64,000 nt of DNA, from assembly GCA_037445735.1 (NCBI GenBank), contig JBBIJY010000007.1:41701-105700 (forward strand), given 5' to 3'. This DNA is from Armatimonadota bacterium (GTDB taxonomy: Bacteria; Armatimonadota; Fimbriimonadia; Fimbriimonadales; GBS-DC). The notes beneath the pieces are model-generated. The model ran no database searches, was not told where the DNA came from, and saw only the letters and a program-made list of their open reading frames with translations. Below are positions 20,516 to 32,458 of this stretch, piece by piece (the first letter of the stretch is position 1; every line of letters begins with the position of its first letter). A program made the translations under genes and the position numbers.

Positions 20516-22298
20516 CGCTACTCACCTCCCGTCGCACCTGGCGAATCGGCAGCTCGATTTCAAAAATAGTTCCCCGCTGCGGCTGGCTGCTGACACGGAT
20601 GCGCCCGCCGTGCATGTCGATGGTGCGCTTGACACTGTACAGTCCCAATCCGAATCCGTCGGGGCGCGTGCAGGCGAACGGCTCGAACAGGTTCGGTAGC
20701 ACGCTTTCGGGGATGCCGACCCCTGTGTCTGCCACCCACAGTCGGACTCGATCCGCGCTGCGGCAGGCACCGATGGTCAACACACCACCCCCTGTCGGCT
20801 CCATCGCCTTGAGCGCGTTCAAAACCAGATTGACCAGCATCAGCTCCAGCTGGGTCGGGTCGGCTTCGATCCGGGGCAGGCGCGGTGCCAGCTCCTGTTG
20901 AACCTTTACCTGAGTCAGATGCAGGTGCGAGCGCGTCAACTCCAGCACACGCTGGACCAACGCGGGCAGGTTCACCTTCTCCAGCTGGAGCTGGCTCGGA
21001 CGCGCGTAGGACAGGAGCCGATAAGCCAGCACATTCAGCCGATCGAGCTGAGCGCGAAGCTCGCTTTGCAACCGCTCTGGCTCGTGTGGACTGACCGCGA
21101 GCGAGAGCGCGAGCGAGCTGATGATGTTGCGAATATCGTGCGCCGTAGTGGCTGCCAGCATGCCGACGACCGACAGCTTCTCGTGCTGGATGAGCTGCTG
21201 TTGCATCCGATTGAGTGTTTCGTACATCTGCTGAACGCGCTGGCGGAGGGCATAGCTTTCGAGCACCTGCGCGGTCAGATGGAGCATCGGCTCGGCATAG
21301 ACGGTTCGGAACTCGTCCTCATCGGGGAGCGGGTCGTAGCCGAACGCGATTATGCCAGCGGGCGCATTCGCGTCGCGATAGAGGCAGCCCAGCCCGTGTA
21401 CAGCGCCCAGCGCTCGTGCCAGTGCAGCGGGCAGCGGTGCAAAAGGCGCCGGGCTGGCAAGCAGTTGACCCCAGAGCGAGCGCCAGCCACGCGCGGGCAA
21501 AGAGAGCGGCTGCGATTGCGAGCCGGCGCGCGTGAGGACGCCCTCGACGCGCGGACGCACCGCGTCGACATGCAAAATCGCGGCGCTGCGCACGCCCTGG
21601 AGCTGGGTCAGCGCTTCCGTCAGCTTCTGCGCCAGCTCGCCCGCGTCTTTTGCGAAATTGGCGCTGTGCAGCGCGTGCGCAATAGCGCTGAGCGCCTGCT
21701 GTGTGCGCTCCAGCTGGCGACTGCGCTCTTCAAGGGCGCGACGCTCCTGCGCCAGACGCTCTTCGAACAGCCGCTCGCGCTCCAGCTCCGCACTCACGCG
21801 CATCGCCAGCAGCGCAATCAGCTCCCGATCGGCATCGCCCAGCGGCTGATCATGGCGACCATCGATGATGCAGAGCGTGCCGATGGGGCGACCCCGATTG
21901 TCGCGGATAGGAGCGCCCAGATAGCGCGTCCAGCCCAGCGCGGTTGTCGGAAACTGACAGAATTCGCGATCGCGTCGCACATCCTGAATGAGCGTCACGC
22001 GGTTCGTGCGCAGCGTGCGCGCACAGTAGGCATCCTCCGTCGGAATGCCGCAGACCCCCTTCGCCCATTCTGGCGGGTTCGCCACATACTTGAACAGAAT
22101 CTGCTCGCCCTGATGAAGCGTGATCGCAGCCGTCGCACCGCCGTAAAACGCACTGAGCCGATCCGCCACAAAACGATACGAGACCTCAGGATCCGGATGA
22201 AAGAAGGTGCTGATCTGCAGTAATAGTTCGCGATAGGCGTCGGCAGGCAACGCCCCTTGAATCGTCCGTGCCTCTTGCGTTGAGTCGCTTCGCTTCAT
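20490..22298 (-). CDS. GAF-domain sensor histidine kinase
   Basis: YLGAPI...GTLCIID GAF; EKLSVVGMLAATTAHDIRN H-box; NALKA, DTGVGI, GFGLGL. Confidence 0.9.
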   Translation of the reverse strand: MKRSDSTQEARTIQGALPADAYRELLLQISTFFHPDPEVSYRFVADRLSAFYGGATAAITLHQGEQILFKYVANPPEWAKGVCGIPTEDAYCARTLRTNRVTLIQDVRRDREFCQFPTTALGWTRYLGAPIRDNRGRPIGTLCIIDGRHDQPLGDADRELIALLAMRVSAELERERLFEERLAQERRALEERSRQLERTQQALSAIAHALHSANFAKDAGELAQKLTEALTQLQGVRSAAILHVDAVRPRVEGVLTRAGSQSQPLSLPARGWRSLWGQLLASPAPFAPLPAALARALGAVHGLGCLYRDANAPAGIIAFGYDPLPDEDEFRTVYAEPMLHLTAQVLESYALRQRVQQMYETLNRMQQQLIQHEKLSVVGMLAATTAHDIRNIISSLALSLAVSPHEPERLQSELRAQLDRLNVLAYRLLSYARPSQLQLEKVNLPALVQRVLELTRSHLHLTQVKVQQELAPRLPRIEADPTQLELMLVNLVLNALKAMEPTGGGVLTIGACRSADRVRLWVADTGVGIPESVLPNLFEPFACTRPDGFGLGLYSVKRTIDMHGGRIRVSSQPQRGTIFEIELPIRQVRREVSSDAATAHRR

Positions 22299-22393
22299 TC
22301 CGCTTCACACCCCTGTGGATATATAGGATACCCTGCGCAGGGCGCAGGGTATAATTTCAATCGGCTCCGTAGGGGACAAAGAGGTGAATCGGA

Positions 22394-23317
22394 ATGGCGC
22401 AGGGGTCAGAGCGATTGCGGACGGGTCTGGTGCTGGGGGGTCTTGCGGCAGCGGGCGGGCTGCTCGCCGTTCTGATCGACTCCGTTGGTGTTGACCCTGT
22501 GCTGTTCATCGGGGGACTGTTTGCAGGCGGGCTGGTAACAGGGGTGCTGTTAGACGCGCTGGTCAATTTCGTACGCCGACGCCGATTGCCCCACATGCTG
22601 CCCCATTACCGTCGGGAGCATCTGCGCCTGCGCCAGTTAGCCCAGCAACTGCGCCAGAACCTCTGCCAGTTGACAGGCGTTAAGAGCAACTATCCGGAGC
22701 TGGATGAGATTCTGCGGCGCGACGCCAATCTGCGCCATCGCGCCACCCTGCTGCGCATGGAGATTCTTAAGGAGGCGCGGCGCGGGCTGACATGGGTCGA
22801 TCACCTGCGCGCGGGGCTGGGACTGCTCGGCGAAGGCTACCCGATGACCGCCGGGCGCATCGACCGCACTGAATGGGTCTGGCGCGCCTATCGGGCGAAG
22901 CTGGAGCGCGAAGTGCAGCATCTGGGGCGCAAACTGGAACGCAACCGCAACCCCCATCTGGAGGAACAGCTCGTGTTCGCCTATCGCCAGAAGGCACGCG
23001 AACTGGCCAGCTTCCATCAGCTGGAGACCACCCTCCAGCAGTTAGAAACCGAGATGGGCATCATCGTGACGGGATTGGAAAGCATGCTGATGAAGACCCT
23101 CCAGCTGGGCACGGCGGTCGGCACACCTGCCGCTGCGAGTGTATCCACCGATGACCTGCTGGAACCGCTGCGCCAGCAGCTGCGCGCATTCGAGCAGGCG
23201 ATGCAGGAGATGCAGGCGATGGAGCGCGATGTCAGCCCGCCGTCCCTGCACCTCTCGCAGGGCACGCGCGGGCGAGGAGCGCCTTTCAGCGCAGAGCGAA
23301 CCGATTCAGCGCCCTGA
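22394..23317 (+). CDS. Hypothetical membrane-anchored coiled-coil protein
   Basis: Two N-terminal TM helices, helical C-terminus; GAGGTG RBS and GGGTATAAT upstream. Confidence 0.7.
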   Translation: MAQGSERLRTGLVLGGLAAAGGLLAVLIDSVGVDPVLFIGGLFAGGLVTGVLLDALVNFVRRRRLPHMLPHYRREHLRLRQLAQQLRQNLCQLTGVKSNYPELDEILRRDANLRHRATLLRMEILKEARRGLTWVDHLRAGLGLLGEGYPMTAGRIDRTEWVWRAYRAKLEREVQHLGRKLERNRNPHLEEQLVFAYRQKARELASFHQLETTLQQLETEMGIIVTGLESMLMKTLQLGTAVGTPAAASVSTDDLLEPLRQQLRAFEQAMQEMQAMERDVSPPSLHLSQGTRGRGAPFSAERTDSAP

Positions 23318-24452
23318 GCCGCCGCTGCAGACCCGGATGAAGGCTTTTTTCAGGGGGCTTCCCGCGTAGCAGGGCGACCTTCAGCAGGGCGCTCTGCATC
23401 GCATCGGCACCATACTGACTGACAGCGAAGGCGTCGGCTTGAAGCTCGTGTCGATAGCGCAGCCACAGCATTGGCGCCATCATGCCCACCAGGAGCAACG
23501 CTAAAAGCGTCAGATTCAGCCAGCGGGCATACCCATGCCAGAGCGGTGCCGTAGCGAGCATCAGCCCGCTTGCTGCGCCTATCTGCAGCAGCCACAACCG
23601 CCACAGCCGCCGCCGTTGCGCCAGATGAGCCACCTCATGCGCCAGCACCGCCAGCGTCTCGCGCTCCGTGAGATTCGCCAGCAGGTAGTCGGTGATGGCG
23701 ATTCGCCCGCCACTGAGCGCGAAGGCGCTGGCGATTCGTGCCCGCGAGCCGTCCAGCACCAGCAGCGCGCGCACGGTCACGCCCAGCTCGCGCCCCATTC
23801 GCCGCACCTCCGCCTCCAGATGCGCCCCGACGCTGAGCGCCCGAACGGGCAACGGCAGCCCCCACCGCACATAAAGAAGCGCGATTGCAATCCCCGCGAT
23901 GCCCATCAGCCTTAGCAGCAGCCCTTCCAGAGGCGATCTGGCAATAACGCCGTGCAGCAGCGGCGTGACGGACAACCCTACCAGCCCGACCGCCATCAGC
24001 GGCGCAAGCTGCTCGAACACCAGTCGCAGGCGCAGGTGGAGATACTCCTGCCGCGTGAGGGTCAGCCCCCGTTGCGCCCGCTCCAGCGGATAGAGCCGCC
24101 AGAAGAGCCAGCTGAACTCCGCCATAAGAAGCGCGAAGCCGACCCAGAACGCGAGCGCCCACTCCAGCGCATGACGCGGCGCAAACGCAATCAGCACCCC
24201 CAGCTTCAGGCACACCGACAGCCATAATAACCCCTTGAGGCGCAACGCAAGCAGGCGATGCAAGGGTAGGCATCCCACCCGGAGCGCAATCAGCAGCGAA
24301 GCGCCCATCAGCCCAATCAGCCAGCCCACAGGGGAGATTATCGGCAGCTGAAGCCGAACATCCTGCCCATGAAGCGCTCCACACGCTCTGAACCCTCTCC
24401 CCCTTCGTAAGGGAGAGAGGGCAGAGAGAGAAGATTCCCAACAATGTGGCAC
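23286..24452 (-). CDS. M48/HtpX-like membrane zinc metallopeptidase (start uncertain, probably downstream of 24452)
   Basis: ASAFA, VLAHEVAH, ELQADAFA, HPGLQRRL. Confidence 0.75.
   Translation of the reverse strand: MPHCWESSLSALSPLRRGRGFRACGALHGQDVRLQLPIISPVGWLIGLMGASLLIALRVGCLPLHRLLALRLKGLLWLSVCLKLGVLIAFAPRHALEWALAFWVGFALLMAEFSWLFWRLYPLERAQRGLTLTRQEYLHLRLRLVFEQLAPLMAVGLVGLSVTPLLHGVIARSPLEGLLLRLMGIAGIAIALLYVRWGLPLPVRALSVGAHLEAEVRRMGRELGVTVRALLVLDGSRARIASAFALSGGRIAITDYLLANLTERETLAVLAHEVAHLAQRRRLWRLWLLQIGAASGLMLATAPLWHGYARWLNLTLLALLLVGMMAPMLWLRYRHELQADAFAVSQYGADAMQSALLKVALLRGKPPEKSLHPGLQRRLRALNRFALR
24393..24421. repeat. Single hairpin copy of the CCCTCTCCC/GGGAGAGGG palindromic element
   Basis: CCCTCTCCCCCTTCGTAAGGGAGAGAGGG. 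Confidence 0.55.
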
Positions 24453-24457
24453 TCACA

Positions 24458-24532
24458 TGGTGAGCCGGGTGGGATTCGAACCCACGACCAACGGCTTAAA
24501 AGGCCGCTGCTCTGCCCCTGAGCTACCGGCTC
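24458..24532 (-). tRNA. tRNA-Lys (anticodon TTT)
   Basis: GAGCCGG/CCGGCTC acceptor stem, GCGGC-CTTTTAA-GCCGT anticodon arm, TTCGAAT, CCA. Confidence 0.95.
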
Positions 24533-24658
24533 ATCGTTCCCATTATACCCCGTTGCTGCCAGTGATGGGACAGCGGGAGCCGCTTATGGAGGGGTGAGGA
24601 GATGCTCCTGTGCAGCGCGCTGGCTACTGTCTGATTGAACGGGTAAAATCTCTCCCTG

Positions 24659-25777
24659 ATGGAGTGGTTCAATAATCAGCCGCTGCGCGAGCGACCGCAT
24701 ATCGCTGTGCTGTTCTATGACGCGATTGGCGACTTCGTGATTATCACACCGCTCCTGCGCGGGCTGAAGGAAAAGTACCCCGATTGCACGCTGGACTACT
24801 TCAGCGGGGAGCGCACGCGCGAGCTGGAAGAGGCACTGCCCTACATCGATGCTCGCTTCTCCGTGTTCGGCAACCCGAACGCCATGCGCGAGCTGCCCGC
24901 CTTCATTAAAGAGCGGTGCGAACGGGCAGGCGCCTACGATCTGGTCATCAACTGCGATTTTCACCCTACGATGGCGTTCGTGGCGCGCCTGCTGGAGCCG
25001 CGCTATGTGGTCGGGCGCTGCATCAGCCACGACTGGCGCGAGGAGGTGCCCCGCCACCCCGATAAGGTGCATCAACTGCATGATGAGTTCTGGTCAGCGC
25101 CCGACCTGCTGCAACGCTACAGCGACATTCTCACCAGCACCTACATCGGCGAAATCTGGTGCCGATTAGCCTTTGTGGAGACCGACTTCTTTCGCACGGA
25201 GGTGCCGACGGCGGAGCCGGGCTGCGCCGTGCCCGATGTGCTGATTGCCACTGGCGGGCGCCGCCCCGCCAAGCTCTGGAGCCGCGACTACTGGAAGCAG
25301 GTGATCGACTGGTGCACGGCGGAAGGGGTCAGCGTCGGGTTGATTGGCGACCGCCCCCAGCGCCAGAGCGCGGTCTATCACACGGGCGACACCGAGAGCT
25401 GGCTGCTGGAACAGACCGCGCTCATCGACCTGCGCGGGCGGTTCAGCCTGCCCCAGGTCGCCGGCGCGCTGCAACGGGCGAAAGCGTGCCTCTCGGTGGA
25501 CAACGGTATCATGCACCTGGCTTACAGTGTGGGCACGCCCACAATCGCCCTGTTCGGTGCCAGCCCATGGTGGGTGTGGACGCCGCCTGTGCCGAATCTT
25601 ACTCTCATGCTGCCAGAAGAGCCGTGCCCGCGCTGCTACGAGAACCGATTCCGCAACGCCCACTGCCTGCTCCCGCGCCACCAGTGCATGCTCAGCATCC
25701 GCCCGGAGCGCGTCATCGAAACCCTGCGCTCCATCCTGCAGAACTCAAGCGGATTCTCAAAGAATCCTGACGATTAG
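24659..25777 (+). CDS. Glycosyltransferase family 9 (heptosyltransferase-like)
   Basis: AIGDFVIITP, AKLW, DNGIMHLA, PTIALFG, CxxC...C...C tail. Confidence 0.88.
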   Translation: MEWFNNQPLRERPHIAVLFYDAIGDFVIITPLLRGLKEKYPDCTLDYFSGERTRELEEALPYIDARFSVFGNPNAMRELPAFIKERCERAGAYDLVINCDFHPTMAFVARLLEPRYVVGRCISHDWREEVPRHPDKVHQLHDEFWSAPDLLQRYSDILTSTYIGEIWCRLAFVETDFFRTEVPTAEPGCAVPDVLIATGGRRPAKLWSRDYWKQVIDWCTAEGVSVGLIGDRPQRQSAVYHTGDTESWLLEQTALIDLRGRFSLPQVAGALQRAKACLSVDNGIMHLAYSVGTPTIALFGASPWWVWTPPVPNLTLMLPEEPCPRCYENRFRNAHCLLPRHQCMLSIRPERVIETLRSILQNSSGFSKNPDD

Positions 25778-25805
25778 CCCGTGAAAACGGCAGGAGAAAC
25801 GGTTG

Positions 25806-25821
25806 TGGCACAGAAATTGCT
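25806..25821 (+). promoter_or_regulatory. sigma54 (-24/-12) promoter
   Basis: TGGCAC-AGAAA-TTGCT, a full consensus match in an intergenic region. Confidence 0.8.
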
Positions 25822-26001
25822 GTATAGTTTTATAAAGGCGAGCACAAGAGCACTGGTCACGCGGGTCATCTGCCCGTAGCAATTCAGACCCCTGCAGAAC
25901 GGCTCGCCCCCTTTGATAGTGCTAACTATGGATGGAAGGCAGGTGCGGTTCGCTACCGCGCTCTCCAGAGAGGTTGATAGCACGGTCAGGGAGGAGCATC
26001 G

Positions 26002-27048
26002 ATGAAAGGGTTTCGCATACTGGTGGTGGAGGACGAGGTGCTGTTGCAGCGGGTGATGGAGGATGCCGCCCGGCTGATTGGACTTCCGTGTGAGGTGGTG
26101 CGCACTGGTCAGGAGGCGCTGGAACGCCTGCAGACACGCGCGTATGACCTGCTGATTCAGGATGTGCGATTGCCCGACATCAGCGGTGCTGCTGTGGTGA
26201 AGGCTGCCCGTGCGATAGACCCTGCGCTGCCCGTGATTTTAATCACCGCCTATGCAGCCGATGCGGAGGTTCAGCAGGCTGTTCAGCAGGGTGTGGATGC
26301 GGTGCTGTTCAAGCCCTTTGATATCGACACCCTGCTCGCCAGCGTGCGCCATCTGCTGTGGAAGCGTCATGGAGTGGTTTTGACGCATGCGGTGGTGCAG
26401 GCGCCTGCGCCGATGCCGATACCCCCGTCGTGGCTGGAAATCCCGCCCGTCGGGGGTTTTGTTACGCTCCATCTGGAGGGGCGACGCCTGATGGGGCAGG
26501 TGCGCGCCAGCAACGAGCTGGAGTGCGTGATTGAAACGCCCCCCGAAACAGGCGCGATTCCCGCCTGGGTGCAGGTGGAGCTGACGGGCAGGGATGCGCT
26601 GTACGGTTTCCGCGCACGCCTGATCGAGCATCAGCGCAGGGAAGACAGCGACTGGTGGCGGCTGAAGCGTCCCAGTCGGGTTCGGCGCATCCAGCGACGG
26701 CGTGAGCCGCGCCTGCCCGCGACCGGGCATGCGGTGGTGTCGGCAGTTGGACGCCTGCTGCGCACGGTGGAGGGCACCCTGCTCGATCTGAGCGCCCATG
26801 GCGTTGCGCTCAAGCTGCCTGTGGAACTGAACAAAGGCACGCCTCTGCACCTGCTCATCGAATGGCAGGAGCCAGAAGCGACTCACACCTTCCGCAGCGA
26901 GGGCTTTGTCTGCCACACGCTGGCACTGACCGAAGCGGGGTGCCCCGTCTACCTCAGTGGTATCCAGCTGATGCGCATGCCACGCGCTATTCGGTCCCGC
27001 ATCCGCGAGCGGCTCCATCAGCAACTGATGGCGGACATACCCCCGTAA
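26002..27048 (+). CDS. Response regulator receiver fused to YcgR/PilZ-like c-di-GMP receptor
   Basis: N-terminal REC (VEDE, QDVRLP, KPF); C-terminal QRRREPR and DLSAHG PilZ motifs. Confidence 0.85.
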   Translation: MKGFRILVVEDEVLLQRVMEDAARLIGLPCEVVRTGQEALERLQTRAYDLLIQDVRLPDISGAAVVKAARAIDPALPVILITAYAADAEVQQAVQQGVDAVLFKPFDIDTLLASVRHLLWKRHGVVLTHAVVQAPAPMPIPPSWLEIPPVGGFVTLHLEGRRLMGQVRASNELECVIETPPETGAIPAWVQVELTGRDALYGFRARLIEHQRREDSDWWRLKRPSRVRRIQRRREPRLPATGHAVVSAVGRLLRTVEGTLLDLSAHGVALKLPVELNKGTPLHLLIEWQEPEATHTFRSEGFVCHTLALTEAGCPVYLSGIQLMRMPRAIRSRIRERLHQQLMADIPP

Positions 27049-27217
27049 CTTGAACAGGTTCCCCGTACTTTTACGATTTTTTATCCAATCCCCGTATTTT
27101 TGCGGAGAGGATACTTTCAGATTGTGCCCACAATCCCCTGTGGCTCACGAACCGCCCCGCCGAGGGATCGCGGGGCGCGTGCGCCAGCCAAACCTAATCC
27201 ATCAGGGAGGATGAACG

Positions 27218-28666
27218 ATGAGTCTGCGCATCAACACTAACATGTCGTCGCTGATTGCGCTGCGCAATGTGCAGAGCGCATCCGATGGTTTCGCGCGTTC
27301 GATTGAGCGACTGGCATCCGGTCTGCGCGTTGTGCGCGGTTCAGACGATCCGGCGGGCTTGATCCGCTCGGAAGACCTGCGCGCTCAGATCGCGGGTCTG
27401 GAGCAGGCGATTATGAACTCGCAGGATGCCAGCAACTTGGTGAAGACCGCCGAGGGTGCCCTCGAAGAGGTTCATAACCTGCTGCGCAGCATGCGCCAGC
27501 TGGCGGTGCATGCGGGCAACACGGGCACCAACGACCTGACCGCGCTCCAGGCAGACCAGAACCAGATCCGCTCCGCGTTGGAGAGTATCAATCGTATCGC
27601 CCAGCAGACCCAGTTCGGCACCAAGAAGCTGCTCGATGGCACCGCGGGTGTCAGCACTGCCGTGACCAATTCGAACCTGGTGGGCGGCGCCTTCTTCACG
27701 GGCACCTTCAACGGCGTCGCCGTCGCCTCTGGCGATGTCAGCATTCAGCAGATTACTTCGGCGGCACGCGCAGTGGTCGCTGGAAGCGTCTCCTACGGTT
27801 CGCTTGCCAGCACGGTCGCTGCGGGCAGCATCGTCGTCAACGGGCAGACCTTCTCCACCGATGGCACCGAGACCCTCGAGAGCTTCATCAACAAGATCAA
27901 TGCATCGAGTTCTGTGACGGGCGTTGTCGCGGAAGCCAGTTTTGCGAACGGCAGCTATGTGATTCGCCTGCGCACCAGCGAGTACGGTGCGAATTTCCGC
28001 GTGAACCTTGACGACTCGCGCGGGCTGATCCTCAGCGGGGGCGGCGCCACTGTCCAGACGGGGCGCAACGCTGAGTACACCGTCTCGATCAACACCGCCG
28101 TGGGCGTCACCTCCGTCAAGTTCGTGGGTGGACGCAGCTCCGGTGAATCGGGACTGCGCCTGACCGATACCTACGGCAATGTGATCCTGCTGACCGAGGC
28201 GGGCAACGCCACCACCAGCCTCGTTCAGGTCGCACGCATCACCACGGGGCAGCTCCAGTTCCAGGTCGGTGCGAACGCCGGGCAGTCGGTCGCGCTCTCG
28301 CTCAATAATATCAGCACCACCCAGCTGGGCACAGGTGTCGTGTCAGGTAAGAGCCTCGCCGACATCGATGTGACCAAATCGGGCGGCGCGGAGGAAGCCC
28401 TGCGAATCATCGACGCTGCTATCGCTCAGGTCTCCAAGCTGCGCGGCGATATGGGCGCCTTCCAGAAGAATGTGCTGGAGAGCAACATGCGCTCGCTGAG
28501 CGTCGCGAAGGAGAACCTGACCGCCACCGAGTCGTCCATCCGCGATGTGAACTTCGCCGAGGAGATCACACGCTTCACCAAGTACCAGATCCTGCAGCAA
28601 GCGGGTATGGCAGTGCTGGGGCAGGCGAACTTTGCGCCCCAGGCTGTGCTGCAGCTCATCCGCTAA
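27218..28666 (+). CDS. fliC: Flagellin
   Basis: MSLRINTN, RLASGLR..DDPAGL, FQVGAN, ESSIRDVNFAEE, QAN..PQAVLQL. Confidence 0.97.
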   Translation: MSLRINTNMSSLIALRNVQSASDGFARSIERLASGLRVVRGSDDPAGLIRSEDLRAQIAGLEQAIMNSQDASNLVKTAEGALEEVHNLLRSMRQLAVHAGNTGTNDLTALQADQNQIRSALESINRIAQQTQFGTKKLLDGTAGVSTAVTNSNLVGGAFFTGTFNGVAVASGDVSIQQITSAARAVVAGSVSYGSLASTVAAGSIVVNGQTFSTDGTETLESFINKINASSSVTGVVAEASFANGSYVIRLRTSEYGANFRVNLDDSRGLILSGGGATVQTGRNAEYTVSINTAVGVTSVKFVGGRSSGESGLRLTDTYGNVILLTEAGNATTSLVQVARITTGQLQFQVGANAGQSVALSLNNISTTQLGTGVVSGKSLADIDVTKSGGAEEALRIIDAAIAQVSKLRGDMGAFQKNVLESNMRSLSVAKENLTATESSIRDVNFAEEITRFTKYQILQQAGMAVLGQANFAPQAVLQLIR

Positions 28667-28692
28667 AACACCGCGTCAGGTATACTTCTGCA

Positions 28693-28721
28693 GGGGGGCA
28701 CACGCTGCCCCCCTTCTTTAT
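28693..28721 (+). terminator. Probable terminator after flagellin
   Basis: GGGGGGCA/TGCCCCCC stem followed by TTCTTTA. Confidence 0.65.
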
Positions 28722-28747
28722 TGGGGTTCGAAGGAGGAAGCAACGAA

Positions 28748-29903
28748 ATGGGAAAGCGATACGCGATTCTGGGTGCTGGTATGCAGGGTCCCGCTGTCGC
28801 CTATGACCTGGCACGCTTCGGCGACGCCGACATCATCTCGCTGGCAGACATCGACATGGAGCGGGCGACCCTCAAAGCCGAATGGGTTAATCAGCTGGTG
28901 CAGCGCACCGTCGTCTATCCCAAACTGATAGATGCACGCAACGAGAAGCAAGTGCGCGACTACTTCGAGCAAGCCGATGTGATTATCAGCGCGGTGCCGT
29001 GGCAGATGAATATGCGACTGGCGCAACTGGCGCTGGACGCCCGACGCAGCTTTATCGATATGGGCAACGAGCCCGAATGGTTCTGGTTCGAGTTCCGCAA
29101 GCGACACGAAGAGGCACAGGCAGCGGGAATCGCGATTGTGCCCGACTGCGGGCTGGCACCTGGCATGGTGAACCATCTGGGACTCTACTGCATGGAAAAG
29201 ATGGATCAGTGCGACGCGATCCATCTGCGCTGTGGTGGGCTGCCCCAGCGCCCTGTCGGACCGCTCGGCTACAAGCTGGTGTTCAACATGATTGGCGTCA
29301 TTTCGGAATACACGGGCAAGGCGCTCACTCTGCGCGACGGCAAGCCGACCTATGTGAACACACTGGACGATGTGGAGCCTGTCGAGATCGAGGGGCTGGG
29401 CGTGCTGGAGGCAGCGTCGACCTCCGGCGGCACCTCCACCGCCCCCTTCACCCTCGAAGGCAGGGTGCGCGAGTATGATTACAAAACTTTGCGCTATCCC
29501 GGACACTGGGCGATAATGCGCGCGTTGCGTGATCTGGGCTTTTTTGACGAGGCGCCCGTGCGGGTGGGGGAAGTCAGCGTCAGCCCGCGCCAGCTCACCG
29601 CCACCGTCCTTCCACCCCGAATCCAGTTCCCCAACGAGAAGGACCTGGTGGTGGTCTATGTGTGGGCGACGGGCATCAAGGACGGCGCACCCTATCGCAT
29701 CACACTTCAGATGATCGATTATCACGATGATGCGACGGGCTTCACCGCGATGGAGCGCTGCACGGGCTTTTCGGCTTCGATTATCGCGATTGGCGTGGCG
29801 AACGGCACGGTGCCGCGCGGGTTGATCCCCTACGAGCAGTCGATGAGCGGGCACGAGTTCGTGCGTGAGTTCCTGCGGCGCGGGTTCCGCATTCGTGAGA
29901 CGG

Positions 29904-29926
<23 letters not shown>
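28748..29926 (+). CDS. Saccharopine/lysine 6-dehydrogenase family protein
   Basis: ILGAGMQG, DCGLAPG, CGGLPQ, YKTLRYPGH, TAMERCTG. Confidence 0.88.

Positions 29927-32458
<2,532 letters not shown>

Noticed and set aside
9529-24532. Genomic island integrated at a tRNA
   Set aside because: No integrase or duplicated tRNA 3' end was seen, and the intervening genes are core.
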